Position numbers and translations under genes: made by a program
Assembly (NCBI GenBank): GCA_951406725.2
Contig: OX597814.1
Span: forward strand, 196,478,001-196,542,000
Direction of reading: 5' to 3'
From: Octopus vulgaris
Lineage: Eukaryota
DNA length: 64,000 nt
The notes under the pieces: generated by a model
Told to the model about the DNA's origin: nothing
The model's input: the letters and a program-made list of their open reading frames with translations, nothing else
Database searches by the model: none
Part shown: piece by piece, positions 12,791 through 26,526 of the stretch
Position numbering within the stretch: the first letter of the stretch is position 1
Layout: each line of letters begins with the position of its first letter

Positions 12791-13200
12791 TATATATATA
12801 TGTATGGTTGCATATATATTTATACATATAGGTGTGAGTGTGGGTGTGCTTGTATGTGTTTCACACAAGTGTGAGTGAGCACATGCATATATAGCATATG
12901 CGTACTTAGACGTGTTTATGAATATCATTGTTCGCGTATGGGTATGTGTACGTGTGTGGGTGTGCGTGTGTGTGGATATACATATGTGTACATGTGTATG
13001 GTTACATGTGTACATATAGGTGTGCGTGTGTGAATGGACATGTATGTGTTGCATGCGAGTGTGAGTGATCATATGCATATATGCACATCTGTATGTATAT
13101 GCATAAGCGCATACACGATTTTTATGAGCATTTTTACTCTCTCCCCTTCGGGTTTTTTCCCTTTGTTTAACGGTCATTCCCTAGCACTTTTGTTTCCCTT

Positions 13201-13261
13201 AATAACTGACGAATTGCCTGAGCAGATTTCCGCGCCGACATCCGAAACTCGGAGTTTTATT
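13201..13261 (+). ncRNA. Hammerhead-like motif
   Basis: AATAA-CTGACGA-...-GAA-ACTCGGAGT-T-TTATT; stems I and III form, stem II is poor. Confidence 0.5.
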
Positions 13262-13297
13262 ATGGCAACCGAATAACTGTTACATATTATATTACAG

Positions 13298-13349
<52 letters not shown>

Positions 13350-13430
13350 GTATGTATGTATGTATGTATGTATGTATGTATGTATGTATGTATGTACGTA
13401 TGTATGTACGTATGTATGTATATATATATG

Positions 13431-13473
<43 letters not shown>

Positions 13474-13658
13474 GCATATATGGGTACAGGAAGTCACAAA
13501 ATGAAGTACGAAAACACCATGAATTTCGAATTACGAAAACCAGAAAATAACAGGCAAACTCATGTATGCGAACAGCGAGTGTCACAAATGGAACATAAAG
13601 AACGACACTTCATCAGTTGTCAGCTGTTCATCTACTCCACATTTCATATACACATATA

Positions 13659-13753
<95 letters not shown>

Positions 13754-14134
13754 ATATATATATATATATATAACAATAAGAAAATGGAGGGGATCAAAAT
13801 GGTATTCATCAACTTTTAGACATTATATCAAGTCTATTTAAGTATTTTTAAAAAACCATTATAACAATATACATACATGAATAACATATGATGCTTTAAT
13901 ACTATCTTTGATACTTCATGAGTGTAGCCTCACCCCCTAGGATATTTGGAGAACTCATATGTGTTTTGGCTGGTGAGTACGGGACACTTGTATTTGCTGC
14001 AATATTTGCAGCTTTTAATAAAGCCGTTCTTCGTATGAAACAATTGTACTGAAAAACTAATCCATTCTTGTTGCTTTTTTCTTGTATATATATATATATA
14101 TGTTTATGTAAATATACGCATGTATCTATGTTTA

Positions 14135-14216
<82 letters not shown>

Positions 14217-14394
14217 AAAGAGGCAGGTAACAGGGTGCTTAGCCAATATATATATATATATATAGATAGATATATATCAATTTGTCACTGCCCTCATTTG
14301 CGCCTCCCGTCGAGGTAGGTCTATCTGGGACTCTCGGCAGGAAAGTGATCCAATTTTGTTTGGAAAACATGTACATCAACTTTGTGTACGTCCA

Positions 14395-14467
<73 letters not shown>

Positions 14468-15303
14468 ATATATATATATATATATATATAAAGATAAACC
14501 CAAGAAAGATGACGAGCAGCTTTAATCAGTTTTCCACCATTATTATGTCTCATTAGAAATGTCTACACCGCTTGACCAATTCGCGACAAACAAGTAACTA
14601 ATCCGTTTATAGACTCATTTAATTCGGTAGATTCAGAGAAATGGAGCTAGTAATTTGTATACAATAACTGTTTAACATTATTTAGTATCAGAAACCTATC
14701 AACAGGGGAGTCTTTTTCATCAAGGTATGGCTTATTATATGTAAAGCTACGCAGTAGACATACAAGCAGGTCAAATTTACCTATTTCTCCATAGACTGGA
14801 AATGTAATGAACAATTGTAATCGATTTTCGACTCCTATTGGACTATGATATTGAGGAAATCGAATGAAGCTACTTGCATGTTACACATTCTTCTCAGCTG
14901 GTTCGATTAATAAATTACTGGTGTTTTAGATATGTATCTAGTTTTCTTGGTCTTATATGCAGTTTTAAAGTGGGTGTATAGCAGATTTTTACGACAGATA
15001 AAACTAGTTAAAATGCAAAGAATTTTTACCCCAAAATGTTCAGTGCGCAAATTGAAATAAAAATCGACATCATTTATTGTAAGAAATATCTTTGCTGCAA
15101 AAATGTAAATGAGTAGCACTCGATCTCTGACGTATGTTGGCAAATCAGTTTAATTCTCATTCAAACTAATATTAGCCAGGAGAGACAGTTCTGTCGCATG
15201 AGAAAAACATCAGATGCTTCTTTGGCCTTGATTGATAGACTTAATCAAGATAATACTACCCATTATTCCTGAAAACCTAATCCCATCTATTTGGCGAAAT
15301 ATT

Positions 15304-15728
15304 GGGGCTAAACAGAGAGGGGGAAAACAAGGACAGACAAAGGGATTAAGTCGATTACATCGACCTCAGTGAGTAATTAGTACTTAATTTATCGACCCCG
15401 AAGGGATGAAAGGCAAAGTCAACCTCGGAGGAATTTGAACTACCGCTTAGCATTCCGCCCGATAATGCTAACGCTTCTGCCAGCTCGCCGCCGTATTATT
15501 CAGCTTTGCCCTTATGTTGGAATTGAACTCATATTGAGACATTCAAATGGCAAGCCTCCGTCAAGTTCGACCAAAGGATAAAGCCGCAACCTCCACGGAA
15601 TTTGAACTCAGAACATAAAGACAGACGAAATACCGCTAAGTATTTCGTCCGGTGTGCTAACGTTTCTTAATTCCTTATTGCCCACAAGGGGCTAAACATA
15701 GAGGGGCAAACAAGGACTGACATAAGGG
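15304..15728 (-). mobile_element. SINE family B copy (15304-15492) plus a junction fragment (15575-15728)
   Basis: Head GGCGGCGAGCTGGCAGAAGCGTTAGC on the minus strand; tail-to-GAAACGTTAGC junction at 15666. Confidence 0.8.
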
Positions 15729-17252
15729 AATTTTTAGCTTCTCAAAATTTAGAAACTCTTTTCCCTCTTAATAATGCTGCAATGATTTTTAATGATGATA
15801 ATTAAGGAGGCTGAGGTAGTAAAACCATATTTAACGCAATAATCTTTTTTTCAGTAACTTGAGCAATATGTTCTTTTGCATTCTCGTGTAAGAGCAACGC
15901 CTTTACGACTTACAAATAATGGGCGCTTTTTGCAAATTTTTGTTCAATGTCGCCATCAGACGTCATTACTCTGCATTTTCTGTTTCATTTTGACTTAGAA
16001 TTTCACGATAGACGATACCCTTCATATCCCAGAACAGAACATAACTCTTTTCGGCTATAGCTGTGGACAGGGAATGGAATATTTTATTTCATTGTGGTGT
16101 CAATCATTTTCGTTTTCGTTAGATACGATTATAGAGAAGCTACGTTTCAGCACTTGTGATGATTTTATTCAGGAAATGTTTGGTAGCAAGTCTGCTTTTC
16201 AAGGAGGTTACAGAGTAGCACTTTATGTAAACTGAGAAGCTCTCTATTGGTATGGACCACGTTTATACTAATTTTCTAGTTCAGAAATATATCTTATGAT
16301 CGAGTTGTGACGTGAATTGAAGTGTTTCGCAAACTCTCGAGCTGTTTGTTTTTAATTTTCTTCAATAGCGATTTTCAAAAGCTCATAATCGACAGAATAT
16401 AGAATATTGTTGTCCAAATCGAGGGGAAACTGCAAGAGAAGAATTTGCCGAGTAAAACGAGCTAAACCATCATTGACATATCCGGACTCTTCAGGTTTGA
16501 TTGTCACAGACACAACAAATATTTCATGCTGCTTCTATTGTTGAAGAAGCCCTTTTGAATTGATATAGCATGCAATGTTTGATATGAGCCTGATATCTGA
16601 GCTCAACTCATTTTTAATGGATAAAATCGATACGAATTTAACGAATATGATATAAAGTAATCGCCAAAAAAGAGAAAAATATGAATTGTAAAATACGATG
16701 CCTATTTTACATCAGATATTGTAAAAGTAACATCAAAAGACCATAGTAAGGTAGGGTTTGCAAGTTTCTGTAATACATAAATATATAACTTAAATCCATA
16801 TTCATTAAAGTGTGTGCTCTTCATTTTACCATGTAAAGATATCTTTCTCACTTATATCACATTTTCCTGCATATTGTATGCGAAGACGACTTGTTTTCTG
16901 GTTATGATAAGAAGGTACAAATTACAATATTCAATAATGAATTTGAAATATTCGCTCAATATTCAATCAATGTTATCTAAAAATCCCTACAAACTCGTGC
17001 GCTCAACCAGAATAGACCATTGTCATTAAAAGACAAGTATACAAGAAATCCGCTTAAGAGAAAGTATTTGACGCCTTTAGAAGTATATGATGCGTGCCAT
17101 ACTTCTATGATTCTGCACAAGTGTGTACTTGAGTCGAAGTGGCCATATCTTGTCTCAATAACATTAATAATATAAAAAAAGCACCAAATTTCACCCCAAA
17201 TTTCAGTGTACTATATTTCGCTAGAATTTACGTGACTATTAATTAACACAAA

Positions 17253-17345
17253 ACATGAGTACCTATATCACTAAAATCACTAAAAATAGAAGACGAAAAA
17301 TACTTCTGTACCACCGAATAGTCACAGATCTAAAACCTGTCTAAT

Positions 17346-17402
<57 letters not shown>

Positions 17403-17870
17403 TTTATTAATTTGCCTGCACGGCTGATAATTCGCTTGCCACTCGTGATGGTATTTTAATAATACCATCCTTATATTTATTTATAAATAATTTTACACCT
17501 TTCGTTTGCAGGCATGATGGGGGAGAATAGTAGTAATTTAGCTGGCAGATTTTGACTGATGAGAAATCAAGCACTTATTTGGCGCTAAATTTCGAAACCG
17601 GTACCAAGTTGACCGGCATTTACTTGTTCTTACCCAATTGATGTAAGGCCTTATTATTGCTCACTGATATTTTTTCCTATCATGTCTGTAATAGATTTGT
17701 GACTATTCGGTGGTACAGAAGCATTTCTTTATTTCTATCATTAGCGATATAGGTACTCATGTAGTACCTTTGTATATATATGTTCATATCTAACATTGCA
17801 TGTATATATTTTATTAATTTGCCTGTACGGCTGACGATTCGATTGCCACACGTGATGGTATTTTAATAAC
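17253..17870 (+). mobile_element. Penelope-type pseudo-LTR structure (partial tandem repeat plus inverted segment)
   Basis: Direct repeats 17403-17462 and 17809-17869; 17254-17332 is the reverse complement of 17692-17761; internal hammerhead. Confidence 0.75.
17541..17617 (+). ncRNA. Minimal type-I hammerhead ribozyme motif
   Basis: CTGATGA(17556)-GAAAT...ATTTC-GAA-ACCGGT-A; stem I degenerate. Confidence 0.7.
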
Positions 17871-17875
17871 ACCCA

Positions 17876-17927
<52 letters not shown>

Positions 17928-17944
17928 CTATATATATATCATCA

Positions 17945-18142
17945 TAGATCGTTAGCTACAACACGCATTTTTCTCTCCTTGTTTCTCTCCTTGTTTTTTT
18001 CTGTGTATCTTTCTATTGAAGAGCGTAGGCTCGAAACGTAAAAGACTTTTTCTATTCCTATTCCTGAGCGCTATACTAATACATTTGTTTGTTTGTACTC
18101 CACCTGCCTTCGTCTTTTGTTTATTTTCGTAAACTTTCCCTT
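17945..18142 (+). mobile_element. Copy of the ~200-bp hammerhead-like repeat
   Basis: Similar to 12148-12347; follows (TA)n. Confidence 0.7.
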
Positions 18143-18213
18143 TATATATATAGTATTTCTAAATTGAATTCCTTTTCCTTGTAAGTTTGGATTTTATTCC
18201 CTCAAATAATAAT

Positions 18214-18257
<44 letters not shown>

Positions 18258-18644
18258 TTTGAGACAGAATATATTTAATCAGAAATTCTCTCACAGAGAT
18301 AAGGTTTGCACTTAGAAGTGCTCAAGAGGAGCTTGAGACAAAAGATAAAAATATGTAATATGAATAACTGTAAGACCAAGTAATGTAATCCCCGTTAACA
18401 TGACTCCGATTTCAGACAAATTTAAAGAACAATATATACATGATACATGATAAAAATATATAAATAAACAGACATTTAAAAAAAAATTATACATAAATAT
18501 ATTGAATATATATAAGATGATAGATTAATAAAAAAATTTAGATGTAAACATAAATATGTTAAAACATAAATGTATACATAAATATATTGAAGAATGTCTG
18601 AAGTAGTGATAAAAGTGAAATAAAATACGAGGGAAGAAATTGTA

Positions 18645-18870
18645 TTGTGTGTGTGTGTGTATGTGTGTGTGTTGCCCCACCATTGCTTGACCACCGAGTG
18701 TGTTTGCGTCCCCGTAAGTTTGTGGTTTGGCAATAGGGTGTGATAGAATAAGTGCTAAACTTACAAAGAATAAGTCCTGGGGTAGACTTGTTCGGCTAAA
18801 GGCTGTTTCCCCAGCATGGCCGCAGTCAAAATGACTGAAACAAGTGAAAGAATTAAAGAATAAAAGAATG
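18645..18870 (+). mobile_element. SINE family A 3' half
   Basis: Family tail. Confidence 0.8.
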
Positions 18871-19038
18871 AAGGAAAGATATGATCATACAAGAATCCAT
18901 TGAAATGCTTGTAAGAATTTGAGATTTGGAATATATATAAGATAAATTTTACATATGACAGAATATACTTCCGAGCAGATTTACGACAAACTTAGAAGAG
19001 AAGTATCATAACGTTCCAATATTCAAAATATATAATCT

Positions 19039-19076
<38 letters not shown>

Positions 19077-19304
19077 TTAGAGTTTATGCAAACATCTAAG
19101 GAATAAATGTATCCATATGCACTAATGGGGTATTACTTTACTATGTATAGGCTTTGCTGTAAGGTCCACAGTAGCTGGTAATTTGAAGGGTAAACCGTGG
19201 TGTAAGATATTCAGATAAGATAACAGAAGAAATGGAACAACATGTAATAATTAGAAGTTGATCATTACTATTGAATAACCGTAGTTTAATTATGGTTAAG
19301 AGAT

Positions 19305-19677
19305 ATTTACAGCTGTTTCAGTTTGAAACTTTTGAGGAGGCAAACATGCGTTTATCTCGTTCCATGTAACAAATCATCAGAATGATTCGAACTTTACCAG
19401 AGGAACATTGACAGGAGATCGAAGGTTGACAGGAGAAAGATGGAAAACAGAAAAGGAAAATGAAAATGAAGAAAAGAAAAAAGAAAAGCATCCTTAGGCC
19501 TTCAGGCTTACATTTTTGCGTCCTTTCCTTTTCTTTTTTCCTTTTTTATCCTGACAACCTTCGATCTCCTGTCAATATTCCTCTGCAAAGTTCAAATCAT
19601 TCTAATGATATGTGACATGGAACGAGATAAACGCAAGTTTACCTCAAAAATAACAAACCGAAACAGCTGTAAATGAT
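19305..19677. repeat. Inverted repeat with ~130-bp arms, each carrying a hammerhead-like motif
   Basis: Right arm ATCATT-CTAATGA...GAA-ACAGCTGT-A-AATGAT; the left arm on the minus strand has CTGATGA. Confidence 0.8.
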
Positions 19678-19699
19678 ATATATATACACACACACAAAA

Positions 19700-20049
19700 A
19701 GTACCATCTATTCTAGTTAAATTCAGGACCGAGTGCTGCAATAGTTTAGAGTTCAAAGGCCCACAGCTCTTCCATTACGAAATTACGAAATCCGCATAAA
19801 GTGTAAGTAGATGTCTTCAAAAAGGAACTAGACATCCTCCTCTTCACAATGCCGGATGAGCCAACAGCCTGACATGAGGTGCAGACGAGAGCAACGGAAT
19901 CAAACCCCCTTTTACAACAAATGGGCTTATAGCTGGGACAAAGGCATATACAAGAGTAGTGATGTGAAATACCCCAGACGGCGGAAATCAGAAAGATCAC
20001 GGTGGTGCTCCAGCATGATCGCAGCAGCATGGCTGAAGCGAGTGAAAGA
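19700..20049 (+). mobile_element. CR1-type LINE 3' end
   Basis: FKGPQL...VDVFKKELDILLFTMPDEP; tail GGTGGTGCTCCAGCATGATCGCAG...GCTGAAGCGAGTGAAAGA. Confidence 0.75.
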
Positions 20050-20077
20050 TATATATATACATTCATACATGTGTGTG

Positions 20078-20111
<34 letters not shown>

Positions 20112-20121
20112 TGTATGAATG

Positions 20122-20154
<33 letters not shown>

Positions 20155-20450
20155 TATGGCTGCCCCCTCTTTATCAAGTATGGCAATTGCAAGAAGCTTA
20201 ACTGTTACTGGTGCTGTGGTCGAATGTGACTTTTTAGCCCAGCTAAAGATCTACAATGTCTTGTACAAAATTGGCAACTAAGACCTTTACTAGTAATAGC
20301 CGGCTGTAGTTGTAACTGGGCTTCATGTCCCTTTGCATGTCGTTTAAGTCCTCCTGCCGAATTACACTCTCTTCCACATGCCCGACAGATATGATTAGTA
20401 TGGTGTGTTACACCACTACCAGTGGCCAGGTTGTCACTCATCTGTCTCGT
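20155..20450 (-). mobile_element. Probable RTE-type LINE 3' end with two C2H2 fingers
   Basis: [19 protein letters not shown]...[17 protein letters not shown], short 3'UTR, microsatellites on both sides. Confidence 0.6.
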
Positions 20451-20659
20451 TTTATGTATATATGTATATATATACATATATACATATATGTATATATATG
20501 TATATACATATATACATATATGTATATACATATATGTATACATGTATATATATATACATTTATATATGTGTGTGTATGTTTGTGTGCATGTGGGTGTGTA
20601 TGTATATATTATTTGTATATATATACAGTCACATATATACATGTATAAGTGTTTTTATA

Positions 20660-21080
20660 TATTCTTTTTTAAGCTTCCTGGTTTTACCAAGAGGCTGGGC
20701 CATGCTGAAGCACCACCTCTCAGAGTTTTAGGGTCTCTTTTCGGTACTGCTTTTGGTGAAAGAATGAGTTGGACGAAACTGCTCTTCTTTCTGCCTCCTG
20801 CCGCAATGTGGGCTCATCTGGGATTTCAAATACAAATTTGTCCAGGTACGTTTTGAATAGTTCCACATCTACACCTTGCAGATCTCGTAGGAATTATGTT
20901 AAACAGTTGTAGCCCCATGAAACCCAAGGTGTTGCAATACTGGGTCTTTGGTATAGTCTTTAATTCCAAACTTGGGAGCTAGACTATTGAGGATCTTCCA
21001 TATGTATATCACTGCATACCTTTCCCAATTTCTCTACAAAGAGTAGAGCTTCAGTTCTTGTCGCTTCTCCCAGTAGCTCG
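20660..21080 (-). mobile_element. CR1-type LINE 3' end
   Basis: SYWEKRQELKLYSL*RNWERYAVIYIWKIL; tail GGTGGTGCTTCAGCATGGCC. Confidence 0.75.
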
Positions 21081-21082
21081 CC

Positions 21083-21597
21083 TATTTCCTATCAACCTCC
21101 TGGAGTAGGTAGTGCAGACTGAGCCAAGAGGGTGGCTTCTGGAAGACCCCATATCTGGCAACAGGACTCTGAACAACGCCACACAGGCAGGAGAAGCCAG
21201 TCATGGCTGTCAGACAATTTCTGCGACAATACACCCCTAACATCTGGCCACCTAACTCCCCAGACTGCAACCTTCTTGATTAGTATGTGTGGGGCGCTGT
21301 AGCAACACAAAAGGTGGTCTGAAAGGGAGCAGTTATAACACCAAAGATAAACTGAAGGCAAGGATTATGGTTGTATTCACCAAGTTAAAGAAGAAAACCG
21401 TCCAGAAGAGTTGCAGAAGATTCCGAAGTTGCCTGGAGGCTGTGGTGGAAGTCAATATCGATTTTATTGATTAAATTTACTCTTTAGTATTTCAAGATAA
21501 TGTTAATGTAACTTTGATAAATATAACTATTAAAATGAGATATCAGGGTCTTTTTTATTCTTGCGTAATTTAGACGACAATTTATTCACCGCAGCCT
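21083..21597 (+). mobile_element. maT/DD37D-like transposon 3' fragment
   Basis: IWQQDS...WLSDNF...IWPPNSPDCNLLD; terminal ...TTCACCGCAGCCTG. Confidence 0.75.
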
Positions 21598-21772
21598 GTG
21601 TGTAATTACAAAATAATATATAAACAATAAACTCTCTCTCTTTTTCTCTCTCACTTTCTCTCTATGCACATATGTGTTGAACTATGGGAGTATGTTTATG
21701 TCCAAATTTACATGTAAATGCCCACCTATGGATATTTACACGTGTATCTACATGTCTGTATACATATATGTA

Positions 21773-21945
21773 TAGGCGCAGGAGTGGCTGTGTGGTAAGT
21801 AGCTTGCTTACCAACCACATGGTTCCGGGTTCAGGCCCACTGCGTGGTATCTTGGGCAAGTGTCTTCTGCTATAGCCACGGGCCGACCAATGCCTTGTGA
21901 GTGGATTTGGTAGACGGAAACTGAAAGAAGACTGTCGTATATATG

Positions 21946-21984
<39 letters not shown>

Positions 21985-22199
21985 ATGTTTGTGTGTCTGT
22001 GTTTGTCCCCCTAGCATTGCTTGACAACCGAATGCTGGTGTGTTTACGTCCCCGTCACTTAGCGGTTCGGCAAAAGAGACCGATAGAATAAGTACTGGGC
22101 TTACAAAGAATAAGTCCCGGGGTCGATTTGCTCGACTAAAGGCGGTGCTCCAGCATGGCCGCAGTCAAATGACTGAAACAAGTAAAAGAATAAAAGAGT
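21773..22199 (+). mobile_element. SINE family A, full length, young
   Basis: A-box TGGCTGTGTGG, B-box GGTTCAGGCCC, CORE-like CTTGGGCAAGTGTCTT, CR1-like tail. Confidence 0.92.
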
Positions 22200-22536
22200 A
22201 TATGTGTGTGTATGTGTGTGTTTGTTTCTGTGGTTGCTTATATGTCCATATGCATGCGTACACATAGATGTGAAATTTTGAGAGAAAGATTTAGTCTTAA
22301 AAAATTACATAACTTTACTTTAAAGTAATAGCATTGCAGTTTATGAATGATTTTCCGTAAATTACGGCTTGTCTCAATAAATTTCGTGATTTTATCATAA
22401 CACCTTTGATTTTATAACGATACTTACGTTAAACATGCTATATATAATTCTGATACGTACTCTCAGATAGAAAACAACTACTTTTCAAATATTAGAATCC
22501 AATAGCCACAAAAACGAACCACGTCATCAAACACTG

Positions 22537-22537
<1 letters not shown>

Positions 22538-22614
<77 letters not shown>

Positions 22615-22633
22615 GTTATTATTGTTATTATTA

Positions 22634-22673
<40 letters not shown>

Positions 22674-22847
22674 CGTTATTATCATTATTATTATTATTGT
22701 TATTGGTTTATATGAATTCTTGTGCATTAAACGAACAAGTCTCCAACCATTTCGTTTTCCGATAAGCTGAGGAATTATCATAAGATGAAGAATAGTATGA
22801 AAATTCTTATCGCTCGATATCACCTGCAGAAGGTGCAGAATTATTTG

Positions 22848-22898
<51 letters not shown>

Positions 22899-22917
22899 CA
22901 TATATACATATATACAT

Positions 22918-22952
<35 letters not shown>

Positions 22953-23040
22953 CATACATATATATATATCTATACGTACATACATATATATATATATATA
23001 TATGTATGTATACATATATATACATACATACATACATATA

Positions 23041-23075
<35 letters not shown>

Positions 23076-23155
23076 TTGTATATGTATCTGTATTTATATT
23101 TATATTTATATATATATATATATACATATACATACAGACACACACATACATATAC

Positions 23156-23204
<49 letters not shown>

Positions 23205-23240
23205 CATGTACATATTTATACATATGTCTACGTATATATG
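22538..23240. repeat. (TTA)n then (TA)n/(CATA)n microsatellites around a ~150-bp insert
   Basis: Direct reading. Confidence 0.9.
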
Positions 23241-23734
23241 AATCTATATTATTTTCGACATGAGAGCCTGTACAAACATACAGATCGATATAAATAATAT
23301 CTATCAATGTCATATATAGTCATAAAATATACGTATAATAATATATTTATGTTAGCGGAAAATTGATCAATTACAAACTAACATTTTAAAGATATAAACT
23401 GATACACGCAATCATTAAAAAGCTACGAATACTAAGCATACTGTGAGTTAAAGAAAGATGGAGTTTAATCTATTTTCATTATTGTTAGTTTTTGTTATTT
23501 AACGTCGTAACATAATATTGATCTCTTGGTTGCGGAGGAAGCCACAATTCTCAGGGAAAGGAATTTGTTGATTGAATCGAATCCAGAATTTGTATGCTAC
23601 TTATATTATCGACGTCTGAAGCATAGGTGTGATTATGATTAAACGTGTGTTTTGGCTGTTTCGTTTGAACAATATCTGACGTGAAACGCTGTTATTGTCA
23701 TTAATGGTTGACATAAATTTGCATAAGCCCCAGA

Positions 23735-25030
23735 CAATTGTCGATTGAAGACTAAACTTCGTTTGTGTAGATGCTGATTTTGTAAATCACTGTAGGAAAA
23801 GACGGGAAGAACAACGGAACAAGTAGCTGGAAATAGATGGAAGTGCATGGCCAACTCATGCAACAAACCTCGGATGTTAGCGACAATTAACCGACAAAAA
23901 CATTGGGAAAAGAATCCGAATCGCTAATTATACCAACTCAAGGACAGGCTATTAGGGCGAATTTGATGAAGGCGATGATTGGTAAAACACAGTCAGAGAG
24001 CAAATGAAGAATCTGTGGAAAAGAGACGAAAATATTTACAAAATGTCGATTGAAGACTAAACTTGGCGCTGGCAGATTCTGACTGTGTAAATCACTCTAG
24101 AAAAAGACAGGAAGAACAATGGAACAAGTAACTTCAGCGTTAAACGAACAAGAGACAGAAGTGCATGGCCAAATCATGTGACAAGCATCGGATGCTGGAG
24201 ATAATTAACGTTGGTTGTGGCTGACCGACCAACACATTGGAGAAAGAATCCGGATCGCCAATTATACCAACTCGAGTTCAAGCCATTAGGACGAATTTGA
24301 TAGCGGCAATGATTGGTGAAACACATTCAGAGAGCAAATGAAGATTCTGTAGGAAAGGAGACGGAAGTGCTTATCATCTCCTGATGAATGCTGTAAGCTA
24401 GCACAAAAGAGTTTATTAGCGCAGGCATGACTTTTTGGTAAAATAGTGCATTGGGATTTTGGATTTGGTTCGCAAGATTCTTTATATGAGATCGTGTGTT
24501 GAAGCATATTCTATTGTGTCTGAGGAGAGTCATTTTCTTTTTTGTGCCTTATTATGTAACTCAACGGTATAATTTCCACGGTATTATTATTTTTATTGTT
24601 CTAAAACTTTCAATGCTGTTTGCTGAGAGCATGTATTCATTCAGAGTAACAAAATAGCTATGAACACGAACTGGAAATTTTGATGGATTTTACGAATTGC
24701 AGGATTGTATGTGACATCTCCATAAATACTAACCATTCCGCTGAACCAAGAAGACCGGTCGTGATTAAGGAAGATGAAACGAATAAGTAGCGCAAGGTCA
24801 AGTACATTGCCTTATCTTATGACATCAATGAAATAAAAATGAAATGAGAAATATCAAGACCGAGCCAGAGAGCTGAAAATATTGTGAAAGACTAAGACAA
24901 AATTTATTCCTTTAGTGTTTGGTAAACATGACACAACATTCAAAGAACTACCATAGCGGCTGAAAGATACTGAATTGATACTTGCATTGTCTAAGGAGAG
25001 GAAAGTGCTATCCTGTGTTCTGCAAGAATC
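23735..25030 (+). pseudogene. Old R4/Dong-like RLE retrotransposon C-terminal remnant with an internal ~305-bp tandem duplication
   Basis: KESESLIIPTQGQAIRANLMKAMIGKTQSESK and EKYQDRARELKIL*KTKTKFIPLVFG parallel the 58018 ORF; tgtcgattgaagactaaactt at 23739 and 24044. Confidence 0.7.
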
Positions 25031-26207
25031 CTAAAGCTTTCCTCTCCTAAATGTTTTTGATTTTGAATTGTCATCGATATTTCTGTAACTTTGCTTTTTC
25101 CTGGTAAGGGTGCCGGTTCTACGCAAACCTATTTTTATCCTGGGAAATGGTGGTCGTCACCAGTCTTCCCTCTATCTTTGACCTCTCCAGCATGGGTAAT
25201 CCTGCCAAGAGCATGCACTCTGCTGGCATAGCTCTAATTGTCACTGAGGTGCACAATATTTCATGCAGAAACAAGGTTCTGAGGGAAATTATATTAAAAC
25301 GCGTAATATATTTTTTTTAGAAATGTCGTCCTCATTATACAGCGTCGATTTTTTTTACTCTTCATTATGTCGGATTCCCATATACAAAATGCTTAGGCCT
25401 TTCATTTTTTATCTTCTGGGAAGTTCTATTTTATAAGAAAGGTAAATCTATATCAAAATTAGAAGAATTAACTACTTATGTATATGACTTAATCATATTC
25501 ACTAGCGTTTGATATTTTATTCTATGCTTTTTTGCCAATATAATCTGGTTTATTTTGTAAACTAAAAAGTTATACAGAAATCTGAAGATAGTCTCATACA
25601 TATATGCATACATACATACATACATACATACGAGTCTGTGTGTGTATGCATGCGTGCGTATGTGTTTAATTATTTATAAATATATTGAGCGTTACCATTA
25701 TCTCTGGGATATTAATATTGATGTACGACGTTTGGTGATAAAATTAGCATTTTTATTATATTTTTAGATCAACAAATGGTTATCGAATATAAATTAATGA
25801 ATATATTTTACTTGATCAACGAACCCTTTTCCATAATGCAGTAGGTTCCGCCATCATATTCAGTGATGGATATGCTTCTCTGATAAGGCCAGAATAATAT
25901 CAGAATATGATTGGAATAGTCTCCAGAACAATTTTGCTCTTTTAATGACTTAGTATTGTAGAGAATATCCAAGACTAATAGTATGAGGGAGGTGGGAGAG
26001 AATGAAAACCCTTGTGGTAAATTTAAATGAGAGACTGGTCTGAGTTTCTGCAACAGAATGAAGTACGCTAAATATACCCTAAAACCATGATGTGTTGCAA
26101 AAGATGTCAACGGATATATTCAGGATGTCGAGAAAAGGGAGACAATATATCACGAGGTTTCCTTATACGCATTTCTAGTTATATTTACTGACCTATTCGT
26201 TGAATAT

Positions 26208-26319
26208 AGGCGGAGGAGTGGCTGTGTATAGGCACAAGAGTGGCTGTGTATAGGCACAAGAGTGGCTGTGGGGTAAGTAGCTTGCTTACCAACCATATGG
26301 TTTCGGGTTCAGTCCCACT
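26208..26319 (+). mobile_element. SINE family A head with a triplicated 22-nt 5' end
   Basis: AGGCNNANGAGTGGCTGTG three times, then a normal head. Confidence 0.8.
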
Positions 26320-26526
26320 GATGCAATCATGTCTGCTCCCAAGCTGGATATCGCTTTGTTGCCAGCGTAGGGGAACGGACGGTGTATTCATGTCTGTTAG
26401 CGAGGTCATAGGTACCTAAAATAATTAGGGAAAACACAGTACACACATCAAGGTCATACTAATTTGTGATTGGATTATTCGTTTAGACTCGAAACGCTTA
26501 ATGAAGTTAATGAATCTCTATCTCAT

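Noticed and set aside
20205-20450. Host C2H2 zinc-finger gene
   Set aside because: No TGEKP linkers or splice context; fits an RTE-type LINE C-terminus
21773-21850. tRNA genes at SINE heads
   Set aside because: A/B boxes are present but there is no complete cloverleaf, and they run into SINE bodies
22760-22812. Hammerhead CGATAAG-CTGAGGA...GAAAATT-CTTATCG as a confident feature
   Set aside because: Stem I is good, but stem II is poor and the cleavage-site register is ambiguous; kept only as a candidate
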